Assembly (NCBI GenBank): GCA_002811645.1
Contig: PDIP01000057.1
Coordinates: 53,802 to 117,801 of the forward strand
DNA: 64,000 bases
Origin: Corallochytrium limacisporum Hawaii
Taxonomy: Eukaryota; Protista; Pluriformea
Direction: 5' to 3'
Shown: one piece after another, positions 57,701-64,000 of the stretch
How positions within the stretch are numbered: position 1 is the stretch's first letter
How the letters are laid out: the number at the start of each line of letters is the position of its first letter
Notes under the pieces: model-generated
Seen by the model: the letters and a program-made list of their open reading frames with translations, nothing else
The model's database searches: none
Told to the model about the DNA's origin: nothing
Made by a program: the position numbers and the translations under genes

Positions 57701-58746
57701 ATGTAGAATAGGTGGAAGAATGGTGACTTTGAAAGGATGCACAAACACTTTGACACGTAAGGAACATGCACAGCACGCGTATGTTCAGACCTTCCCTGCG
57801 GTGCTGTGGCCGGCACATAGAACGTCAAGCAGAACCCATAGGTTGTCGCGCCACTGACATCGGTCAAAACAAATGTGTGGTACCGATCCTTCTCCTTGTG
57901 CATGCGCATCTGGATGCCCGACGGCATGCAAAATGCACTCAATGCATAAGGAATAGGTTCATATCCCGGAGTGCCTTCTTCCGGATAGTGATCGAGAACC
58001 GTTTCTTCAGGTACCTTCCAAAACGATGCCACTGTCCGAGTACGCAGCTCGAATCCCAGATCTACTCCCGAAGGAGCTAAACTGATCGAATCATCGCCCA
58101 CATCAAGCCCAAGAGATGGCAGATACGGCACCGTTTTCCCTTCTATCTTTATATCCACAACAGATCTGCCTTCCGTGTGTGCATCAAAATCATGTGGAGC
58201 CTCAATGGCTGGTGTCTCGATGTCTTCCTTCAGTTCAGAAACTCTTTGCGTCCCATCGGCAGTAATTCCAGTTGTGTCATTGTTCAGCTCAGTTTCAGAT
58301 GATTCCTCCTGGTTGATCCTTGTGTCAACCAGACTTACGTGACCAAGAGCAGATTCGCGCGGATCTCTTGTAACATAAAGCGCAAGAGTTGGTGCCTCGT
58401 CTCCGCTGTGCCCCTCAAGGTTCTTTAAGCGAACCGGCCGTTCTACTAGGGTGAACCCGTGAAATTCCGGTGGTTGGTCCCCGGAGAAGACTGTGATTCC
58501 AATGCCCGAAATTGGTGGCAGACTTTCCCCAGTCTTGGTGTAAAGCACACAGCCATGGTCCCGTTCCAGGATGCTTTTGCCCGGCTCCCCAACTCTCACA
58601 TAACCTGAAGGGACTTCCTGGTCCACTGGAGCCACTCTGATACTAGTAATTGCTTCAGGAATGTCATCAATCTTATCCTTCGCATTCTTTGGGTCTGCAC
58701 CAACAACCACAAAATGGTCTACGCAAGATTTCGACCTCGGTGACAT
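54727..58746 (-). CDS. DENND4: DENND4/CRAG-like Rab GEF (MABP-like, DENN, PPR-like, Cys-rich C-terminus)
   Basis: DHFVVVG, FCMPSG, HTFVLTD..YGFCLTFY, LLFPLKW..FIP, APMPFIIG, ETQSFMKFIEQR, a PPR-like helix pair, and CNEC..IMLGW..CLEC..FLSPISL. Confidence 0.9.
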   Translation of the reverse strand: MSPRSKSCVDHFVVVGADPKNAKDKIDDIPEAITSIRVAPVDQEVPSGYVRVGEPGKSILERDHGCVLYTKTGESLPPISGIGITVFSGDQPPEFHGFTLVERPVRLKNLEGHSGDEAPTLALYVTRDPRESALGHVSLVDTRINQEESSETELNNDTTGITADGTQRVSELKEDIETPAIEAPHDFDAHTEGRSVVDIKIEGKTVPYLPSLGLDVGDDSISLAPSGVDLGFELRTRTVASFWKVPEETVLDHYPEEGTPGYEPIPYALSAFCMPSGIQMRMHKEKDRYHTFVLTDVSGATTYGFCLTFYVPATAPQGRSEHTRAVHVPYVSKCLCILSKSPFFHLFYMYLSEFRRIAMGDSAVPPERLILNLFELPVPAPGKAVFNFPIGNKKLAFSFPPPQSLPIIGSSIVPIFRLLKVETVLSLFVLMCLEKKILLVSDHLPLLTPVAEGITALLFPLKWLNVFIPVCPDDMLDLLQAPMPFIIGITTDAVDISLIPADVYTVYLDGDKIFKRDDPMGFDEEERIPFLPGQEDLYERLQSAAGHLYLEGYAEFDDVDEHMYLDASITSSQTPSAEQVRMHHIRMEFLRFWIKTMGHYKEFVRVYDVTEEIPEDAEGLDAIFDRAEFIEEVKEADRPFVGALIETQSFMKFIEQRSEYSSRDHEFSYFDGCVERFRSGELDVQKMVSFGGYRHFQIPGPNISDLPPSKQYRDTGEDFPRFDLQLFAPGCRDIVKQVMVDSTMMGMVDSTKAKDAPVAGLERKPSGRLNIEIRTLTDADVSKLAKEYAQLIYTSWFLMYSHYIPMCRRPEVALWYAYIILEHMRLNHVSPTNKIFVYLLGVCADLRLSKHARLLFKIMNAAQVRSDAVSTGLYMKAIATRRRGSTAVHNSGGEKQHRNSRTKQNLPRGERIDKFSALDADIDKRQKLSIQSADFTDVSVCWFNGESPRANTKISVSARCNECDRDVTETDIMLGWMMCVRSGLKSRCLECEKAFMPELVISSLDSEETKTVPFLSPISLLEELDALLTNDKATFNMSLLEMAQSVPMLYANMTWYMRNRGLPFTADQLVGGIMTYVDDLSVTVDAKQGYDAIVRMYDDFDQSTIDVDYVAMWKRDTGAADAIKLATKKFSIPEALNMRGYDPLDSVQHASITVPNLARHVHIDLSGSIGQTETAEQASAFFDGLAAAARVRAARAAGEAVNGEAKSVAVSEAARQLFRDAIAKLARGDHTACAEAILAIRLRFGDRADLLALWSNHNLYEAMLVIAPDDVLRNEEKFLTDYTRGVRWLKPNYREVYRKEEDAAPELRLVSVWSYFRHLRPHISIMRRLLLSLAGDDGI

Positions 58747-59809
58747 GGTCGAAGTCCTGTCGTCTACTTTCGGCTATGACATCATCTCTCTTGCAACACT
58801 GAACAGAACTCAGATCCAGGTTCGAACAGGTGTCGCCACCATTAGAATCAGATCAACCTACGACACCCGCACAACCCAGTTTCTAATAGGAAGCCCAGGA
58901 TAGAAACGTGACCCGTTCCATGCCTCCAAAAGACAAATACGAACCCCTAGCCCGCTGCAGCAACTCGTCCTCATCATTTCCTCGGCCGCTCCGTGCCGCT
59001 CAATTTGCCTCCCCAACACGCCTAATTCTCTTTCCGTCCTCCCCCTTCCCGACCTTCGAGAGCAGAGGAGTGTGCCCCGGGGGTCAGGACGAAGTGGACG
59101 GTACCCACTTCCCCCAACTCCCGGCGCGCGGGCGGCATAGGCAGTGGCATCAGTTCGCTGGGGTCGGGGCCCGCCGTTGGCTTTTCGCCGGCCCCGGGAA
59201 GGGTGTGTGTGTGCGCTCCCAACGGGGGTCGATTAAATGGAGGGAGGACGAGGAATGATGAATAGGAGAACGGGACGGGGGGAGGGAGGGAGGAGAGAAA
59301 AAGGAAAAAAAAAAAAAAGAAAAGGAAAGAAAAAGGAGGCCACACTGGGTACACAGACCGAGAAGCCGTGCGTACCGCGCTCGAGCGCGGCGGAAGGAAC
59401 AGAGAAAAAAAAATGGGAGCAATAATGACACCCTCGCGGGAGGAGGGGGGGAGGGGTTCGGCCCTTGCTGAAGGAAAGGCGGCAACGGAGATTTTCCCTG
59501 TTCTTGCCAATTTCGTACGTTGCGGGGAGAAAGTGTACGGGAGAAGCTTATCGGGCTTTAGCGAAATTTTCTTGATCCTAGCATTCGATGTGCTTAGGGA
59601 TCCGATCCGTATGACACTCTCGCCTGGTGGGGTGCGTATTGTGTATGCAATGAAGGCAAGCATTGCTGGCTCGTGCAAGGAGTAGCTTGCAGCTGGCATC
59701 TATGGGTATTTCGGGACAGAAGATCCTGTTCCCTTAATTGCTTACAGACTGCAGTCACTCACAAACCAAGGAGCTCTGCGCCATAGCCAGAAGAAACCAA
59801 GAGAACACC

Positions 59810-60550
59810 ATGAGTCTATCATCAGGAGATTCTGGTCTGACAAACGGCATGTTGCGGTCTTCAGAGAGCCCAGTGAACAACCGCGGGTGGGCTGGACCCC
59901 TGCCGCCGAATATACACCTGGTGAAATATTCAAAGTATTTGCACTACCTGCACTCCATGATCCGAAATGATGAGACATCACCACGGGAGTTTGCTCATTA
60001 CGCCAACTTACTCCACACCATGATTCTGCAGCAAGCATTCGATCTTCTCGTCGACTACAGCACTCGCAAAGAACTTATAACCCCAACACAAAAACCCTTT
60101 GAAGGTTATTGTGAGATTCCCACTGTGACTGCGGTCAGCATTATGCGGGCAGCTGATTCCTTTGAAAGGGCGGTCAGGGAGGTGTTCCCGACCGCGACGA
60201 TTGGCAAGGTACTCATCCAGCGGAACGAAAGGACAGCAGAGCCAGTCTTCATCTATGAGAAATATCCAAAGACCATAGTTAATTCGAAGACCCTGCTTCT
60301 TGATCCTATGGTGGCTACAGGAGGATCGGCCATTACCGCAATCAATCATCTGCTGGCGAAAGGAGTCGCTGCCTGCAACATTGTCTTTGTCAACGTCATT
60401 GCAGCGCCAGAAGGGCTGAAGGCAGTCATGAAAGCCCATCCAGAGGTTAACATCATCACATCTTGGATTGATGACTGTCTCAATGAAAAGTGCTATATCC
60501 TGCCGGGCGTTGGAGACTACGGAGATAGATACTACGGAACCATCAACTGA
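59810..60550 (+). CDS. UPRT: Uracil phosphoribosyltransferase
   Basis: VSIMRA, IGKVLIQRNE, PRPP motif LLLDPMVATGGSA, YILPGVGDYGDRYYGT. ATG at 59810. Confidence 0.95.
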   Translation: MSLSSGDSGLTNGMLRSSESPVNNRGWAGPLPPNIHLVKYSKYLHYLHSMIRNDETSPREFAHYANLLHTMILQQAFDLLVDYSTRKELITPTQKPFEGYCEIPTVTAVSIMRAADSFERAVREVFPTATIGKVLIQRNERTAEPVFIYEKYPKTIVNSKTLLLDPMVATGGSAITAINHLLAKGVAACNIVFVNVIAAPEGLKAVMKAHPEVNIITSWIDDCLNEKCYILPGVGDYGDRYYGTIN

Positions 60551-60648
60551 GTGAGCCGGGTAGAGTGACAAAACTGGTGAGCTTTCAATTTCAGTGATAT
60601 ATTTAAAGAATCTATTTACGTGTTCCCCTCAATATTTTGGGCCTTCGG

Positions 60649-62097
60649 TCATGCGCGTTTCATCGTTTGTTTGGCCAATCTCTTTTCTTCTTCCTTTAGG
60701 ATCTTGCGCAGTTTGTGAACAAACCGCACGGCATCCCCATCGCCCATACCAAGCGCAGCCGCAGCATTCACGTACGCGACGGCTTGTGGATCACTGGTGT
60801 GCATGCCAAAGTTTGTGAATTCATGACCTTCAAAGACTGTAGCTTTCTTCTTGGAGAGTACCCGAGCTCCAGAAATGTTACGGCGGAAAATCTTGGCCCC
60901 CAAGTTCGAAACCGTGTCACCATCCATCTGAGCCTCGTCAAAAGTTCGCAACGTCATAGCCAGAGATATGGTGTTGTCACGGGTGTCCAGGACTCTCTCC
61001 GCGAACTCATCAGCGAGTTTGTACAGCTCTGCTTTTAGCTCTTCGTACTTCTTTTTCCGATCCTTGACCAGATTTCTGTAGCCGTCCTTTCCCATTTGGA
61101 CCAGCGTGATGAAGACGTCAATCAAGGCCTGTCCGGAAGCCCTTCCTGCGTAGGTCTTAGCTACCTTTTCGACCAGAGCGTCGGAGCCTCCAGTTATTAT
61201 ACACCCTCCGACCGGTACCATCAGATTTTTGTCCGTTGATTGCACCACCAGCGTGCTGTCGGGATGGATCCGCATGGCCTCATTGACCAGGTGACAGCAG
61301 CGAGTGCTCTGCAAACCGTATGCATTATTAATCAAGTAAGGCAGGTGATGGTCATGACAGATTGCTGCGATCTTATCACAAGGATCTGGCGCCCGTGGGC
61401 TGAAGCAGCTGGTTGTGCTTATGACACAGAGAACTTCCCCCGTGCCATACTTGACAATGGCTTCCTCTATCCGTGCTGGGTCGACGGTCAGCGAATCTTT
61501 CCCGGACGAAATGCCTTTGTCCAGTTCGATTACAATCGGAATCAAGCCAGCCGCAGTGATGCACTTGAAACAAGACTTTTGATCAATACGAGGCCAAATC
61601 ACATATTTGGCGTGTGGCTTATGGGTCTTCTTTAATGTCAGAAGGCACATAAGGAGCCCAAGGCCAGTGGCAGTCGGCATAAGAATGGGCCTTCTGGCGG
61701 TTGGGATCCCACAATCAACCAGCAAGCTGTGCAATAAATCAAGGGTCAGGTGGTGTAAGACACTTGAGCCTGCTGCCTTAGGCTGTGGAGCAGTGATGTC
61801 ACCGCTGCGCCCAATTCCGTGAATTAGTCCATAACTCCGCCTTGCGACCAGCTGACTAAACACCCGTCCTTCACGCTCTCCCACTCCAATCACGCCTTCG
61901 AAATTGTTGGCATCCATGGCAGCCAACTCATTCAGAAACGACACTACCATATCGTCCGTCCATGGTGTTTCCGGTAGTTTCCGTTCTACGATCAGTCGCT
62001 GCACCATCGCGTGGCGACGTGACAGAGCCTGCAGGCCCATCTCGACGTATCGATCGGGCACATGCCGGCTAAGTGCTTCAACTGGCACTGATTCCAT
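60649..62097 (-). CDS. SEPSECS: O-phosphoseryl-tRNA(Sec) selenium transferase
   Basis: GVGEREGRV, HGIGRSGD..QPKAAGSS, RIDQKSCFK, NNAYG, and the PLP lysine motif QSTDKN..VPVGG. Confidence 0.97.
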   Translation of the reverse strand: MESVPVEALSRHVPDRYVEMGLQALSRRHAMVQRLIVERKLPETPWTDDMVVSFLNELAAMDANNFEGVIGVGEREGRVFSQLVARRSYGLIHGIGRSGDITAPQPKAAGSSVLHHLTLDLLHSLLVDCGIPTARRPILMPTATGLGLLMCLLTLKKTHKPHAKYVIWPRIDQKSCFKCITAAGLIPIVIELDKGISSGKDSLTVDPARIEEAIVKYGTGEVLCVISTTSCFSPRAPDPCDKIAAICHDHHLPYLINNAYGLQSTRCCHLVNEAMRIHPDSTLVVQSTDKNLMVPVGGCIITGGSDALVEKVAKTYAGRASGQALIDVFITLVQMGKDGYRNLVKDRKKKYEELKAELYKLADEFAERVLDTRDNTISLAMTLRTFDEAQMDGDTVSNLGAKIFRRNISGARVLSKKKATVFEGHEFTNFGMHTSDPQAVAYVNAAAALGMGDGDAVRFVHKLRKILKEEEKRLAKQTMKRA

Positions 62098-62561
62098 CCT
62101 GTCCTTTTTCCCGTTAATCTGATCCTAGAAATTCATACTTATTTATGTGTGGCATTGTGCGGTCATCTGGCCACATAATACAGGGAATGTATCTAACATC
62201 ATGTAGCTGCGTTACCTCCGAGAAAACACCGGGAGCGTTCAACTCCGCCCCTTGGGTTTTCCTCTGGAGACTCCCCTCCCCGGCGAGCCACCCCCGGGTG
62301 GAAGGGGAGGCCAGGGATGTGGTGTCCAGCAATGGGTAAACGTATCGTGTGGCGGTTTATCAACACTGGAGGATTACAGCGCGAACGCGACCTACAATCA
62401 TATTGATGTGACCACGATCATGTGTCTCATGTAGGTTGTTCAGACACTGCCCTTTTGAATCCTAAACTGGCCGGTATGATATAGATGCAACATGCCGAAA
62501 TGGGTCGTCCAAGGTCTCTTCCCCTCGAGGGAACCCGCAGCAACCGGCTTTTTCATAAACA

Positions 62562-62587
62562 TTAATCAATAAAATATTATTGATTAA
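62562..62587. promoter_or_regulatory. AT-rich perfect inverted repeat TTAATCAATAA-aata-TTATTGATTAA upstream of SEPSECS
   Basis: 11-bp arms with a 4-nt spacer, read directly. Function unknown. Confidence 0.4.
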
Positions 62588-64000
62588 ATTATCAAGCCAC
62601 GTTTTCGACATGAGCTTCCTCACCATCGCTTTCACCAGACAGATCCAATCTGTGCTAGCCGCTATTTCACCAATCAACATATCTTTGATTCGTGTTGAGC
62701 ATGGTGATTAGAAAACCAAGGCCAGGGGTACAGCAATGATCTTACTGTGACGATACTCCCGTGTGATGACATGGGCCACGGATGAACAAGCCCAAGCCCG
62801 CAATTGGCGCGAACTTCCTCGTTCCCTCCGGTGGTTTTATACGCGCTAATTTCACAAACTGCGGGCCACCAAAAGCGCTGCTGGTCAATTGTCTTATCCC
62901 CTGGTTCCTCCCGGCATCAAATCGCCTCTCCCCATCGTACACAGATATGGCCTGGTGTGCGCTCCGGCTGCATGTCCGAACTGCTCAAAGCGACACGACC
63001 CCAGCGCCACAGACCCGCCGTTTTGGAAACGAGGAATGGGGGAGCGGTTGGAGTGTGGCCCGCTCGCCCAGAACGTCTTGAGCGAACAGGCCCACAGGAA
63101 AAATCACGAACACCCATTTCCATAGTGAAATAAGGGCAGCTCAAAACCACAGAGGTGCGGCGAGACCCACTTCGAAGCCGGCGGGTACCTTTGGCAACCC
63201 TTAACGACCGCTTTCATTCCATCCGGAAATCAGAGCCAGCTCGACTATCAACTGGGGCTCATTTTTCGCGCCAAGTCAAAGCCAGCGACGAGCCCAGTAG
63301 TGAACGTATGGTGCTTTGCGCGGCAGTTGTTGCAGCCGGCGGTTGATGAAGAAAGGGAGCACCAGCGGGATGGGTGTGAAGGGTCATGAGACGAGACTGG
63401 CCGAGGGGAGGGGAGGAGGGGGGGTTCGCGTTCAGCGGCAGAGGAATTGTGTGTTACGTTGTTCCTGCAAGCTGCGATCTCACCGCAGCGCACACTATTA
63501 GCGACAACCCCGGTCGCGTACCCAGATGAATGAAAGATATGCTTTTAAGCCCCGGTCCACATGCAGCACCGTTCTTTCCAGCTTTCGGCAACGACGTTCT
63601 CGACCGCTCACCCTCACTCCGCCGTACCCACCCGCCCTAGCAATGAACAGCACCGCAGGCCACAAAGAACGACACATCTCAGAGCATCTGAGAGCATCCA
63701 TGGGCCACCTGGCCCGCTGTTGGGGCCACAAGCAGTATTAGAGGAATCTGCAACCGTGCCGATGCCGTGGATCCACCGGCGGCCCGGCACAAAAGGCACA
63801 CCCAGATCGAATAAGTCCCGCACCAGAAATGAATCACGTAGCGGAGCCGGAGCTCTGATACCCACCATTGCCCGCCCGGCAAAAAAGGGGCTGGCAACCG
63901 ACCTAACCACCGGGGAAGAAATTGAAAGGCCAGCGAAATTGCTTGCTATTTTTTTTTTTAGCGGACGCGTCACTCAACCCTTCTCAGGGACTGGTGACAA

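Overview
Eukaryotic nuclear DNA from a compact, essentially intronless genome. ORFs up to 4 kb are uninterrupted and the gene set looks opisthokont/holozoan; a unicellular holozoan such as Corallochytrium would fit, but that is inference only. Two gene-dense blocks (about 1-21 kb and 40-62 kb) encode an ANKRD46-like protein, mitochondrial ACP, a PIGBOS1-like microprotein, THOC7, DAP3/mS29, NUDT5, ARV1, GAPDH, an F-box/TPR protein, acyl-CoA oxidase, a sterol desaturase/FA hydroxylase, PIG-P, FYV7/CCDC59, ARID2/Rsc9, AMMECR1, a GCK-III kinase, DENND4, UPRT and SepSecS, in almost strictly alternating orientation. Between them lies a ~19 kb region with no long ORF. The best candidate for a new system is a 953-aa protein fusing a catalytically degenerate prephenate dehydratase + ACT module to an F-box and a probable beta-propeller. 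It may be a metabolite-gated SCF ligase receptor, and it starts only 52 nt after the PIGBOS1-like microprotein, so the two may be bicistronic. The second highlight is a 79-aa microprotein in the desert carrying eh1, RVxF, PPxY and RRxS motifs. All family calls are by-eye motif recognition; no database search was run.
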